A program made the translations under genes and the position numbers. A stretch of DNA of 64,000 nucleotides. Source: Eledone cirrhosa (Eukaryota). The notes below the pieces were generated by a model. The model did not search any database. It was not told the origin of the DNA and saw only the letters and a list, made by a program, of their open reading frames with translations. Shown here piece after piece: positions 24,597 through 39,019 of this stretch. Location of the stretch: positions 42,718,001 through 42,782,000 of the forward strand of contig OZ024752.1 of assembly GCA_964016885.1 (NCBI GenBank). Direction: 5' to 3'. Position 1 is the stretch's first letter, and every line of letters starts with the position of its first letter.

Positions 24597-26040
24597 CTTC
24601 CCATGTGTCTAACACATGTGGACATGCCCACAAAGTAAGAAAACAGCACAGTTCCCATGACTTTCGGAAACATTTTTTCACGCTCAGAGTTGCTGAAGCA
24701 TCGAACAAACTACCTGCATCGGTTGTTAGCTGTCGAGACACTGCATCCTTTAAGGCCTCCATGGAACAAACTACCTGCATCGGTTGTTAGCTGTCGAGAC
24801 ACTGCATCCTTTAAGGCCTTCATGGAACAAACTACCTGCATCGGTTGTTAGCTGTCGAGACACTGCATCCTTTAAGGCCTCCATGGAACAAACTACCTGC
24901 ATCGGTTGTTAGCTGTCGAGACACTGCATCCTTTAAGGCCTCCATGGAACAAACTACCAGCATCGGTTGTTAGCTGTCGAGACACTGCATCCTTTAAGGC
25001 CTCCATGGAACAAACTACCTGCATCGGTTGTTAGCTGTCGAGACACTGCATCCTTTAAGGCCTCCATGGAACAAACTACCTGCATCGGTTGTTAGCTGTC
25101 GAGACACTGCATCCTTTAAGGCCTCCATGGAACAAACTACCTGCATCGGTTGTTAGCTGTCGAGACACTGCATCCTTTAAGGCCTCCTTGGAACAAACTA
25201 CCTGCATCGGTTGTTAGCTGTCGAGACACTGCATCCTTTAAGGCCTCCATGGAACAAACTACTTGCATCGGTTGTTAGCTGTCGAGACTCTGCATCCTTT
25301 AAGGCCTCCATGGAACAAACTACCTGCATCGGTTGTTAGCTGTCGAGAGACTGCATCCTTTAAGGCCTTCATGGAACAAACTACCTGCATCGGTTGTTAG
25401 CTGTCGAGACACTGCATCCTTTAAGGCCTCCATGGAACAAACTACCTGCATCGGTTGTTAGCTGTCGAGAGACTGCATCCTTTAAGGCCTTCATGGAACA
25501 AACTACCTGCATCGGTTGTTAGCTGTCGAGACACTGCATCCTTTAAGGCCTCCTTGGAACAAACTACCTGCATCGGTTGTTAGCTGTCGAGACACTGCAT
25601 CCTTTAAGGCCTCCTTGGAACAAACTACCTGCATCGGTTGTTAGCTGTCGAGACACTGCATCCTTTAAGGCCTCCATGGAACAAACTACCTGCATCGGTT
25701 GTTAGCTGTCGAGACACTGCATCCTTTAAGGCCTCCATGGAACAAACTACTTGCATCGGTTGTTAGCTGTCGAGACACTGCATCCTTTAAGGCCTCCATG
25801 GAACAAACTACCTGCATCGGTTGTTAGCTGTCGAGACACTGCATCCTTTAAGGCCTCCATGCTTTCCGAGATCCGCCAACACTACAGCTAATGTTCCCCC
25901 TCCATACACATACACACATGTATACCATGACACTATTCACTTCCCTGACATTTGTGTATTATTCTATGTACTATACATACACCTTTGACGAGTTGTAGTG
26001 CACCTGAGCACTGTACACAATAATTTCATTATTATTATTT
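24597..26040 (+). mobile_element. CR1/L2-like LINE 3' end with internal 61-bp array, inserted in a MITE (24496-26146)
   Basis: TCGHAHKVRK..RKHFFTLRVAEA.NKLPASVV..TASFK resembles the CR1-group RT C-terminus. (ATT)n tail. MITE halves flank both sides. Confidence 0.7.
24703..25861 (+). repeat. 61-bp tandem repeat x19
   Basis: Unit GAACAAACTACCTGCATCGGTTGTTAGCTGTCGAGACACTGCATCCTTTAAGGCCTCCATG. Confidence 0.95.
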
Positions 26041-26203
26041 TAAAATCTCATAGATTCGATACTATGTGAGATAATTATGTGAGGTAAAGATTTTACCATG
26101 AAAATACAACAGTAAATATAGAGTAATGTAAAGGCTAATGGGTTAAATACTGCGGAAAACTTATTTCATTGCTAAAACATTTATTGTCATTTATATATAT
26201 GAA

Positions 26204-27020
26204 TGGGCGGTGGATTGGCAAAATCGGTAGAGCGTCGGACGCTATGCTTTGCAGCATAGAGTTACGGCCCTTTACGTCCTGAGTTCAAATCCTGCCGAGG
26301 TTAACTTTACCTTTCATCCTTACGGGGGCGATAAAATAAAACACCAGTAATGTACTGGGGTCAATTTAATCGACTTTCCCCTCCCCCAAAATTACTGGCC
26401 TTGTGCCTATACTAGAAATCATTGTGGATTAGCAGTATTGGTAGAGGGTCGGACACCATGCTTTGATGCAAAGAGTTACGTCCCTTTACGATCTGAGTTC
26501 AAATCCCGCCGAGGTTAACTTTACCTTTCATCCTTACGGGGTCGATAAAATAAAGTACCTGTAATCATCATCATCATCATCATCATCATCATTTTACGTC
26601 CGCTTTTCCCTGCTTGCAAGGGTGGGACGGGTCTTATTCAGCACAGCATCTCTCCACTCGTCACAGTCCCTCGTCATCTCCACCGTGAGCTTCAACGATC
26701 TGAGGTCTGTTCTCACCACCTCCGCCCATGTTTTTCGTGGTCTACCTCTACCACGTCTTCCTTCAACTGGCAATTCCTGGCACTTCTTCACCCATCGGTC
26801 ATCCTCCATGCGCATCACATGTCCATACCACCTCAGTCTCCTCTCCCGTACACTACATTCTATCCCTCTCAGACACAGTTTCTCTCTCAACACATTTATG
26901 CTGGGTTGTTCACGCACATTTACACTGCACATCCAACGGAGCATGCTTGCCTCATTTCTCTCCAGCTGTCGCATATCCTCTGGGTAATTGCTGGCCTTAT
27001 GCCAAAAGTAGAAATCATTA
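26204..27020 (+). mobile_element. Tandem S1 SINE dimer, second copy interrupted by an RTE LINE
   Basis: The SINE breaks at AAAGTACCTGTAAT (about 26565) and resumes at CTGGGTAATTGCTGGCC (about 26980). Confidence 0.8.
26565..26979 (-). mobile_element. 5'-truncated RTE-clade LINE (ORF C-terminus)
   Basis: ORF 26594-26974 EASMLRWMC..RERRLRWYGHVMRMEDDRWVKK..GRRGRGRPRKTW, followed by a (GAT)n tail. Confidence 0.88.
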
Positions 27021-27249
27021 TATATCTGAATATATAATATACCATCCCATCTTAAAAATGATTGCGTAATTGGTAGATTTTTGTATTTGAAAGTTGGTTA
27101 TATTGTTGAAGGAAAATGGCAGTTTCAGTGTGTTGAATAAGTCAACCATAAGCCTTTGGACTCAATGGCTACTTCAACCTTTGAGTGGCCACTTATAATT
27201 GTTATATATTATTGCCAATGGTCCACTTAGTTTATGGAGCTAATGGTTT

Positions 27250-27922
27250 CAGGTAGCCGCAATAGCAATAGTAGTAGAAGTGGTAGTGGTGGTAGTGGTG
27301 GTGGTGACAGCAACAGTGGTAATAATTATAGTAGCAGTAGTGGTGGTGGTGGTGGTGGTGGTGGTGGTAGTGGTGGTGGTGACAGCAACACTGGTAATAA
27401 TTATAGTAGTAGAAGTGGTGCTGGTGGTAGTTGTGGTGGTGGTAGTTGTGGTGGTGACAGCAACAGTGGTAATAATAATAGTAGCAGTAGTAGTAGAAGT
27501 GGTAGTGGTAATAATAATAGTAGCAGTAGTAGTAGTGGTGGTGGTGGTAATAATAATAGTAGCAGTAGTAGTAGTGGTGGTAGTGGTAATAATAATAGTA
27601 GCAGTAGTGGTGGTGGTGGTAGTGGTGGTGGTTGTGGTAGTGGTGGTGGTGACAGCAACAGTGGTAATAATAATAGTAGTAGTAGTAGTAGTAGTGGTGG
27701 TGACAGCAACAGTGGTAATAATAATAGTAGCAGTAGTAGTAGTGGTGGTGGTGACAGCAACAGTGGTAATAATAATAGTAGCAGTAGTGGTAGTGGTGGT
27801 GGTGACAGCAACAGTGGTAATAATAATAGTAGTAGAAGTGGTAGTGGTGGTGGTGACAGCAACAGTGGTAATAATAATAGTAGTAGAAGTGGTAGTGGTG
27901 GTGGTGACAGCAACAGTGGTAA

Positions 27923-27971
<49 letters not shown>

Positions 27972-27994
27972 GACAGCAACAGTGGTAATAATAA

Positions 27995-28037
<43 letters not shown>

Positions 28038-28059
28038 GGTGGTGGTGACAGCAACAGTG

Positions 28060-28100
<41 letters not shown>

Positions 28101-28123
28101 GGTGACAGCAACAGTGGTAATAA

Positions 28124-28166
<43 letters not shown>

Positions 28167-28188
28167 GGTGGTGGTGACAGCAACAGTG

Positions 28189-28226
<38 letters not shown>

Positions 28227-28252
28227 GGTGACAGCAACAGTGGTAATAATAA

Positions 28253-28301
<49 letters not shown>

Positions 28302-28323
28302 GGTGGTGGTGACAGCAACAGTG

Positions 28324-28361
<38 letters not shown>

Positions 28362-28431
28362 GGTGGTGACAGCAACAGTGGTAATAATAGTAGTAGTAGT
28401 AGTAGTGGTGGTGGTGGTGACAGCAACAGTG

Positions 28432-28469
<38 letters not shown>

Positions 28470-28498
28470 GGTGGTGACAGCAACAGTGGTAATAATAA

Positions 28499-28541
<43 letters not shown>

Positions 28542-28563
28542 GGTGGTGGTGACAGCAACAGTG

Positions 28564-28601
<38 letters not shown>

Positions 28602-28753
28602 GGTGACAGCAACAGTGGTAATAATAGTAGTAGTAGTAGTGGTGGTGGTGGTGGTGACAGCAACAGTGGTAATAATAGTAGTAGCAGTGGTGGTAGTGGT
28701 GGTGGTAATACTAATAGTAGCAATAGTGGTGACAGCAACAGTGGTAATAATAA

Positions 28754-28811
<58 letters not shown>

Positions 28812-28834
28812 GGTGACAGCAACAGTGGTAATAA

Positions 28835-28865
<31 letters not shown>

Positions 28866-28923
28866 TGTAGTAGTAGCAGTAGTAGTAGTGGTGGTGGTGA
28901 CAGCAACAGTGGTAATAATAATT
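27250..28923. repeat. Compound trinucleotide satellite (GGT)n-GACAGCAACAGT-GGT-(AAT)n-(AGT)n
   Basis: Invariant 12-mer anchor recurring about 30 times between variable triplet runs, abutting the tail of an S1 SINE fragment (28918-29017). Confidence 0.92.
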
Positions 28924-29175
28924 GTTTCTACTTTTTGGCACAAGGTCAGAAATTACCCAGTGCATTACTGGTACTTTATTTTATTGACCCCGTAAGGATG
29001 AAAGGCAAAGTTAACCTCATGATAGTAGCAGTAGTAGTGGTGGTGGTGGTGGTGGTGGTAATAGTAGATGTGGTGACGTTGGTAGGAGTGGTGGTGGTGG
29101 TGGTGGGGTGATCGATTTGACAACCAGGGGCAGCTTTTGGTAATGTGTTATCAAAAAGGTTTATAAATTTTAAAC

Positions 29176-29403
29176 TAATCCTTTAGCATTTAAACCGGCC
29201 ATATCCGGCCAAGATTCTCTCATCTTATTCTGTTCAAAATGGCCATAACCGGCTGCTCATACTTATGTTAAGATATTGTTCTCAAAATAAATAATATCAA
29301 AATCTCATAGATTCGATATTATGTGAGATGATTATGTAAAATAAAGTATTTACCGTGAAAATACAATAGCAAATATAGAGTAATGTAAATGCTAAAGGGT
29401 TAA
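29176..29403 (+). mobile_element. TTAA/piggyBac-type MITE, uninterrupted (about 225 bp)
   Basis: TIR CCTTTAGCATTTA / TAAATGCTAAAGGG followed by TTAA. More than 12 related copies in the window. Confidence 0.8.
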
Positions 29404-29446
29404 TTTATTTAACGCCTTTCATACCTTTGTTCCAGGAACTAGCTTC

Positions 29447-29803
29447 ATATCATCATCATCCTTTTACGTCCGCTTTCCCTGCTTGCAAGGGTGGGATGGG
29501 TCCTATTCAGCCCAGCATCTCTCCACTTGTCACGGTCCTTCGTCATTTCCTTCATGAGCTTCAGCTATCTGAGGTCAGCTCTCACCACCTCCGCACATGT
29601 TTTTTGTGGTGTTCCTCTACTGCGTTTTCCTTCCACTGGGATTTCTTGGCACTTCTTTACCCAGCGGTCATCCTCCATGCACATCACATGCCCATACCAA
29701 CGCAGTCTTCTCTCCTGCACACTACAACTTATCCCTCTTATAACCAGTTTCTCTCTCAACTCATCTATGCTTGGTCGTTCATGCACATTGACATTGCACA
29801 TTC
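29447..29803 (-). mobile_element. Second 5'-truncated RTE LINE copy
   Basis: ORF 29565-29801 homologous to 26594-26974. Confidence 0.85.
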
Positions 29804-29861
29804 AAGAAATGGTTAACTTATTTTCATTTAAGTAATTTCGTTTCATTTCATTTCATTTCAG

Positions 29862-29988
29862 GCACTTCTGGCAGCTCAAAACCGGTTACGGAATCACATC
29901 AAGGGTTTTTATTTTAACCTGGGATTTTCTGGTAAATACTACCAAAAAGGCACACCGGAAGAAAACTTGGGTGATCGTCTTTTAGTAG
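29862..29988 (+). CDS. NDST: NDST coding exon 2
   Basis: Acceptor tttcatttcag|. Translates ALLAAQNRLRNHIKGFYFNLGFSGKYYQKGTPEENLGDRLLV, matching the NDST FNLG.SGK segment. Donor G|GTTGGT, phase 1 (127 nt). Not in the ORF track. Confidence 0.95.
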
Positions 29989-30503
29989 GTTGGTTTCAAT
30001 ATATGTTTTTAATTATTTTTTTTAATATCATTTCTAACATCAGTTCTTCTTGTTAAATTTTTGTTGACCATATTTTGATTTTCTGGCACCTCCTGGCCAC
30101 AGACTCATTCTAGATTATCAGTTTTGTTGCACAAAATAATTCACTAGAGATGTTAAGTCAGAAACACTTTCCCTAACTCCTAACTATAATAATTGTTTCT
30201 ACGTTAGGGACAAGGCCAGCAAATACCCAGTGCATTACTGGTACTTTATTTTATCGACCTCATAAGGATGAAAGGCAAAGTTAACCTCGGCGGGATTTGA
30301 ACTCAGAATGGCAAGGGCTGTAACTCTATGCGCCAAAGCATGGCATCCGACACTCTACCAATACTGCCAACCCCTAACTATAATAATGATAGCATTTGGA
30401 CCCTTATAAACAGTTTTTTTCAAAATCCCACTGGGATCAACTAACTTAGCCTTTTTATCCTTCCAGAGTTGATAAAATACAGAACCTATCAGGTACTGTA
30501 GAC

Positions 30504-30672
30504 CAGGCATGTCAAACATGTGGCCCTTTACAAGCACACCTGCGGCCCACATAAAGGTTTTTACAGTGCGAGCATCTTTTATCTTTGTAATATAAAATTT
30601 AAAAAATTAGTTGTAATGTGCGCAATATGTGACCCATGTGGTCCTCGAGGGACCCTCAGTTTGACATGACTG
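30504..30672. mobile_element. hAT (Charlie-like) MITE
   Basis: TIR CAGGCATGTCAAAC / GTTTGACATGACTG with perfect 8-bp TSD CTGTAGAC. Partial copy near 9262-9412. Confidence 0.85.
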
Positions 30673-32183
30673 CTGTAGACAATTTGATTTTTCCTTTCAA
30701 GGATTGGACTGTCTCTGCTCCCTATCATTAAGCCTCATAGGAGGTCAGCTAAACCTACAGAGGTCTGAACTGGAATAACAACAGTATATATATCCATACA
30801 TAAACATTATTACATAGCAATTAATTACATATGTACAACAAAATAGATTAAATTAATTTGACAAACCACAAATTACCAATTATATTTTTTCTCTCTGTTG
30901 AACACACACATACGCACACACACATACACACAATCTTACCATCCCCTTTCCATAAAGACTTGAGGTCACCAGCGCCAACACTACCACAGATCTCACCCCC
31001 CCCCCCCCACTCATACTCACTCACTCTCTCACACTCACATACAGCCAGATACACACTCACTCACTCCCAGATACACACACACACACACACACACACACTC
31101 AGTTACTCACAAACATTTTCACACTCACACACACTGACAGGCAACAAAATAGATTAAATTAATTTAAACCAGTTGTATCCAGCCAGAATTCTCTCACCTC
31201 TTTCTGTTCAAACTGGCTGTAACAGGTCACTCATACTGATGTTAATGTATTGTTCTCAAAATAAATAATATCAAAATCTTATAGATTCGATATTATGTGA
31301 GATAAAGCCTTTACTGCAAAAATACAATAGTAAAAATAGAGTAATGTAAATGCTAAAGGGTTAAAACATGTAAGAAAACTCATAGGAGGTCAGTTAAACC
31401 TACATATGTGCAAGCTATGACAGCAAATATGCATACATAAACATAATGAGATTAGGTCCCCCCTGTCACTAAACTACTCGAGACAACTCCCACGAGATAC
31501 GACCTTATAGGAGGTTAACTAAACCTACAGCGGTGTAAGCTGTAGTAACAACAACATTTATGCATACATAAACATCACATGACTAAGTCCCCCGTTGTCA
31601 AATCGGACCGAGGGAACAATGTTTCCGTCGGTCTTTCCAATTGCTAATACTATCTATCGGTCGCAACTCCAGGTAGAAGGAGCAACGTGAAATAAAGTGT
31701 CTTGCTCAAGGACATAACGCATCGCCTGGTCCAGGAATCGAACTCACAACCTTACGATTGCGAATCCAATTCTCTAACCACTCAGCCACAGATTCGATAT
31801 TATGTGAGATAATTATGTAAGATAAAGCCTTTACTGTGAAAATACAATAGTATATATAGAGTAATGTAAATGCTAAGGGGGTTAAAGTGTCTATATTTAT
31901 CTAAAAAAGAAAACCTTCTCTCATAATTTTACATCCCAAATCCAGGGTCATCTCACTTCCTATATTGAGCCATGTACGGCTGAATGGTATCGGGTCAGAT
32001 CATTGTACCATGTTGCCTTTAGCCACCCTCTGGTTCTTCCCCATTGCCTTGGGGTCCACTCTGTCACTCTAATAGTCCACCTGTTGTCTCTAGAACAAGA
32101 GACATAGCCAGCCCATCTATGTTTGCCCTTCTTATCTTAGAACTTTTATATTCCTAACATTAGCTTAACAATGCCTAATTACA

Positions 32184-32362
32184 AAATCCTTCGAAATTCT
32201 TGATTATTTTCAAAATCCTTCGAAATTCTTGATTATTTTCAAAATCCTTCGAAATTCTTGATTATTTTCAAAATCCTTCGAAATTCTTGATTATTTTCAA
32301 TATCCTTCGAAATTCTTGATTATTTTCAAAATCCTTCGAAATTCTTGATTATTTTCAAAATC
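32184..32362. repeat. 29-bp tandem repeat x6
   Basis: Unit AAAATCCTTCGAAATTCTTGATTATTTTC. Confidence 0.9.
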
Positions 32363-32585
32363 ATTTGTAAACCACAAGCTGTGTCTTCTTTCATTAGGAA
32401 TATGGCAAAGGAAGAATTATCTAGTCAGGCAGTTATTGTAAAGTCAGGTTTCTGTCCATAATTATGTTCAGATAAAGAGGTGGTGGACTATCTGTTGCCA
32501 GGAAATTAATGCTGTACCTGTGAATATATATATATATAATGTATATATATAATGTGTGTATATATATATATATATATATAAAATG

Positions 32586-32645
<60 letters not shown>

Positions 32646-32829
32646 ATATATATATATAATGTATATTTTTTACAAATGGGTAGAAGGGAATTATTCTTTT
32701 TTTTTATGTTTTGCTTTTTATTTACTGTCTTTTGTATAAATATTTTGTTTTTTTCTAATTATTTTAAAATATTTCTTGTAAATTTGCATATATCATTAAA
32801 TGTTTATATATCAAGTTTAAACATACAGA

Positions 32830-33103
32830 CAGGGGCCTCGTTTGCCTTAAAAATGTGAGGGGGACAAACCAACATTTGTTGATTCTTAAAGGAGCATAAA
32901 TTGCTTATGGTGCCTTACCCGGACCCTATCACATAAGTAAAATTTTACACTAATTAAATTTTATATATTTAAATAAAGTTCAGATATAAAAGAATAAGCT
33001 TAAAAAGAATTTATTATATCAAATAAACAAAAAATAAAACATAGACGTTTGAAAAAGTGGGGGGAACTTGTCCCCTGGCACCCCCCCTGAAACAAGACAC
33101 TTG
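32830..33103. mobile_element. Probable hAT-type non-autonomous element
   Basis: Imperfect TIR CAGGGGCCTCGTTT / AAACAAGACACTTG. TSD CATACAGA / TATACAGA. Confidence 0.5.
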
Positions 33104-33322
33104 TATACAGATGTATATGGACTCATTATACAATATATTTTCTGATAATAAATATATTTATAGTCCTATTGTGGGTATTTTAAATCATAACATCCTGAAG
33201 TAATTCAGCAGAAAATATCTAAAAACAGGTTAATTCAGATGTTTATGGTATCATTACTGGTGGACAGATTGTAAAAATTTGTTGTATTAGAGTAAAGACT
33301 TTAATTTTTAATGTGATGCTGC

Positions 33323-34099
33323 TTAACCCTTTAGCATTTAAACCAGCCATATCTGGCTAGAATTCGCTCACCCCATTCTCTTCAAACCAGCTGTAACCGG
33401 CCACTCATACTTATGTTAAGGTATTCTCAAAATAAATAATATCAAAATCTCATTGGTTCAATATTATGTAAGATAATTATGTTAGGTAAAGCCTTTACTG
33501 CGACCTCATTCTCTTCAAACCAGCTGTAACCGGCCACTCATACTTATGTTAAGGTATTGTATTGTTCTCAAAATAAATAATATCAAAATCTCATTGATTC
33601 AATATTATGTAAGATAATTATGTTAGGTAAAGCCTTTACTGTGACCTCATTCTCTTCAAACCAGCTGTAACCGGCCACTCATACTTATGTTAAGGTATTG
33701 TATTGTTCTCAAAATAAATATCAAAATCTCATTGATTCAATAGTATGTAAGATAATTATGTTAGGTAAAGCCTTTACTGCGACCTCATTCTCTTCAAACC
33801 AGCTGTAACCGGCCACTCATACTTATGTTAAGGTATTGTTCTCAAAATAAATAATATCAAAATCTCATTGATTCAATAGTATGTAAGATAATTATGTTAG
33901 GTAAAGCCTTTACTGCGACCTCATTCTCTTCAAACCAGCTGTAACCGGCCACTCATACTTATGTTAAGGTATTGTTCTCAAAATAAATAATATCAAAATC
34001 TCATTGATTCAATAGTATGTAAGATAATTATGTTAGGTAAAGCCTTTACTGCGAAAATACAATAGTATATATAGAGTAATGTAAATGCTAAGGGGTTAA
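33323..34099 (+). mobile_element. TTAA MITE whose interior (about 130-140 bp) is repeated five times
   Basis: Left TIR at 33323, five CATTCTCTTCAAACC...GCCTTTACTG units, then the right TIR. Confidence 0.85.
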
Positions 34100-37000
34100 T
34101 GTAAATACAATAGTATATATAGAGTAATGTAAATGCTAAGGGGTTAATGTAAATACAATAGTATATATAGAGTAATGTAAATGCTAAGGGGTTAATGTAA
34201 ATACAATAGTATATATAGAGTAATGTAAATGCTAAGGGGTTAATGTAAATACAATAGTATATATAGAGTAATGTAAATGCTAAGGGGTTAATGTAAATAC
34301 AATAGTATAAATAGAGTAATGTAAATGCTAAGGGGTTAATGTAAATACAATAGTATATATAGAGTAATGTAAATGCTAAGGGGTTAATGTAAATACAATA
34401 GTATATATAGAGTAATGTAAATGCTAAGGGGTTAATGTAAATACAATAGTATATATAGAGTAATGTAAATGCTAAGGGGTTAATGTAAATACAATAGTAT
34501 ATATAGAGTAATGTAAATGCTAAGAGGTTAATGTAAATACAATAGTATATATAGAGTAATGTAAATGCTAAGGGGTTAATGTAAATACAATAGTATATAT
34601 AGAGTAATGTAAATGCTAAGGGGTTAATGTAAATACAATAGTATATATAGAGTAATGTAAATACAATAGTATATATAGAGTAATGTAAATGCTAAGGGGT
34701 TAATCTAAATACAATAGTATATATAGAGTAATGTAAATGCTAAGGGGTTAATGTAAATACAATAGTATATATAGAGTAATGTAAATGCTAAGGGGTTAAT
34801 GTAAATACAATAGTATATATAGAGTAATGTAAATGCTAAGGGGTTAATGTAAATACAATAGTATATATAGAGTAATGTAAATGCTAAGGGGTTAATCTAA
34901 ATACAATAGTATATATAGAGTAATGTAAATGCTAAGGGGTTAATGTAAATACAATAGTATATATAGAGTAATGTAAATGCTAAGGGGTTAATGTAAATAC
35001 AATAGTATATATAGAGTAATGTAAATGCTAAGGGGTTAATGTAAATACAATAGTATATATAGAGTAATGTAAATGCTAAGGGGTTAATGTAAATACAATA
35101 GTATATATAGAGTAATGTAAATGATAAGGGGTTAATGTAAATACAATAGTATATATAGAGTAATGTAAATGCTAAGGGGTTAATGTAAATACAATAGTAT
35201 ATATAGAGTAATGTAAATGCTAAGGGGTTAATGTAAATACAATAGTATATATAGAGTAATGTAAATGCTAAGGGGTTAATGTAAATACAATAGTATATAT
35301 AGAGTAATGTAAATGCTAAGGGGTTAATGTAAATACAATAGTATATATAGAGTAATGTAAATGCTAAGGGGTTAATGTAAATACAATAGTATATATAGAG
35401 TAATGTAAATGCTAAGGGGTTAATGTAAATACAATAGTATATATAGAGTAATGTAAATGCTAAGGGGTTAATGTAAATACAATAGTATATATAGTGTAAT
35501 GTAAATGCTAAGGGGTTAATGTAAATACAATAGTATATATAGAGTAATGTAAATGCTAAGGGGTTAATGTAAATACAATAGTATATATAGAGTAATGTAA
35601 ATGATAAGGGGTTAATGTAAATACAATAGTATATATAGAGTAATGTAAATGCTAAGGGGTTAATGTAAATACAATAGTATATATAGAGTAATGTAAATGA
35701 TAAGGGGTTAATGTAAATACAATAGTATATATAGAGTAATGTAAATGCTAAGGGGTTAATGTAAATACAATAGTATATATAGAGTAATGTAAATACAATA
35801 GTATATATAGAGTAATGTAAATGCTAAGGGGTTAATGTAAATACAATAGTATATATAGAGTAATGTAAATGCTAAGGGGTTAATGTAAATACAATAGTAT
35901 ATATAGAGTAATGTAAATGCTAAGGGGTTAATGTAAATACAATAGTATATATAGAGTAATGTAAATGCTAAGGGGTTAATGTAAATACAATAGTATATAT
36001 AGAGTAATGTAAATGCTAAGGGGTTAATGTAAATACAATAGTATATATAGAGTAATGTAAATGCTAAGGGGTTAATGTAAATACAATAGTATATATAGAG
36101 TAATGTAAATGCTAAGGGGTTAATGTAAATACAATAGTATATATAGAGTAATGTAAATGCTAAGGGGTTAATGTAAATACAATAGTATATATAGAGTAAT
36201 GTAAATGCTAAGGGGTTAATGTAAATACAATAGTATATATAGAGTAATGTAAATGCTAAGGGGTTAATGTAAATACAATAGTATATATAGAGTAATGTAA
36301 ATGCTAAGGGGTTAATGTAAATACAATAGTATATATAGAGTAATGTAAATGCTAAGGGGTTAATGTAAATACAATAGTATATATAGAGTAATGTAAATGC
36401 TAAGGGGTTAATGTAAATACAATAGTATATATAGAGTAATGTAAATGCTAAGAGGTTAATGTAAATACAATAGTATATATAGAGTAATGTAAATGCTAAG
36501 GGGTTAATGTAAATACAATAGTGTATATAGAGTAATGTAAATGCTAAGGGGTTAATGTAAATACAATAGTATATATAGAGTAATGTAAATACAATAGTAT
36601 ATATAGAGTAATGTAAATGCTAAGGGGTTAATCTAAATACAATAGTATATATAGAGTAATGTAAATGCTAAGGGGTTAATGTAAATACAATAGTATATAT
36701 AGAGTAATGTAAATGCTAAGGGGTTAATGTAAATACAATAGTATATATAGAGTAATGTAAATGCTAAGGGGTTAATGTAAATACAATAGTATATATAGAG
36801 TAATGTAAATGCTAAGGGGTTAATGTAAATACAATAGTATATATAGAGTAATGTAAATGCTAAGGGGTTAATGTAAATACAATAGTATATATAGAGTAAT
36901 GTAAATGCTAAGGGGTTAATGTAAATACAATAGTATATATAGAGTAATGTAAATGCTAAGGGGTTAATGTAAATACAATAGTATATATAGAGTAATGTAA

Positions 37001-37670
37001 ATGCTAAGGGGTTAATGTAAATACAATAGTATATATAGAGTAATGTAAATGCTAAGGGGTTAATGTAAATACAATAGTATATATAGAGTAATGTAAATGC
37101 TAAGGGGTTAATGTAAATACAATAGTATATATAGAGTAATGTAAATGCTAAGGGGTTAATGTAAATACAATAGTATATATAGAGTAATGTAAATGCTAAG
37201 GGGTTAATGTAAATACAATAGTATATATAGAGTAATGTAAATGCTAAGGGGTTAATGTAAATACAATAGTATATATAGAGTAATGTAAATGCTAAGGGGT
37301 TAATGTAAATACAATAGTATATATAGAGTAATGTAAATGCTAAGAGGTTAATGTAAATACAATAGTATATATAGAGTAATGTAAATGCTAAGGGGTTAAT
37401 GTAAATACAATAGTGTATATAGAGTAATGTAAATGCTAAGGGGTTAATGTAAATACAATAGTATATATAGAGTAATGTAAATACAATAGTATATATAGAG
37501 TAATGTAAATGCTAAGGGGTTAATCTAAATACAATAGTATATATAGAGTAATGTAAATGCTAAGGGGTTAATGTAAATACAATAGTATATATAGAGTAAT
37601 GTAAATGCTAAGGGGTTAATGTAAATACAATAGTATATATAGAGTAATGTAAATGCTAAGGGGTTAATGT
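34055..37670 (+). repeat. 48-bp minisatellite (about 75 copies) made of the MITE right end including TIR and TTAA
   Basis: Unit AAATACAATAGTATATATAGAGTAATGTAAATGCTAAGGGGTTAATGT. Confidence 0.95.
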
Positions 37671-38224
37671 GATGCAGCTTAACACCTTTCAAAAACATCT
37701 TGCTAATACGGTTTCATGGGGCATAAGACATTAAGAGTTAAGCTGGGATCATGTAACAGCTCCCTCTGTATGATCACAGTTTAAAATGCTCCCGACGAGA
37801 TCAAATGTATGTTTATTGTACATAAAAATATTGTATATGAGTTCATATACATCGAATCACACCATGTAAAGTCTCAAATCCGGGCGAGGTTAACTTTGCC
37901 TTTCATACTTACTGGGTCGATAAAATAAAGTACCAGTAATGCACTGGGGCTAATTGCTGGCCTTGTACCAAAAGTAGAAACAATTATTAATCAAATTGAA
38001 ATATATTGGGCTATTTCAACATTATATTTATCAAATAACCAATAGTTTAATAATTAATTAAATAAAATTTCACAGTTTAATTAGTAACATTTAGCAAGGA
38101 TTAAAGATCGGTGGCACATTTTAAATATTTTGTTTATTTATTTTATATATATATATATATTTTAAATATTTTATTTATTTATTTATTTTATATATATATT
38201 TTAAATATTTTATTTATTTATTTA

Positions 38225-38306
<82 letters not shown>

Positions 38307-38412
38307 ATATGTACATACACACACGTATATATATGTATAGAGTTTGAATCTAGCTGTTGAAACAGCAGGAGCTCAGCCGTCGGGTGTAAAAATTTTTCAT
38401 AAATATGTAGTG

Positions 38413-38445
<33 letters not shown>

Positions 38446-38453
38446 TATATATA

Positions 38454-38484
<31 letters not shown>

Positions 38485-39019
38485 TTATATATATATATAT
38501 ATATACACAAATACTTAATTACATATATATAAATACTTAAACATAATGAGATTAGTTCCCCCCTGTCATTAAAATACTTGAGAAAACTCCTATGAGATAC
38601 AACTTCAGAGTCAGCTAAACCTACAGAGGTCTGAGCTGGAATAACAACAGTATATATCCATACATAAACATTATTACATAGCAATTAATTACATATGTAC
38701 AACAAAATAGATTAAATTAATTTGACAAACGACAAATTACCAATTATAATTTTCTCTCTGTTGAACACACACATACGCACACACACAATCTTACCATCCC
38801 CTTTCCATAAAGACTTGAGGTCCCCAGCGCCAACACTACCACAAATCTCACCCCCCACTCATTCACCCACACTCATACTCACTCACTCTCTCACATTCAC
38901 ATACAGCCAGATACACACTCACTCACTCCCAGATACACACACACACATTCTCACTCAGTCACTCACAAACATTTTCACACTCACACACACAGACAGGCTC
39001 TCATTTTCACACTCACACA

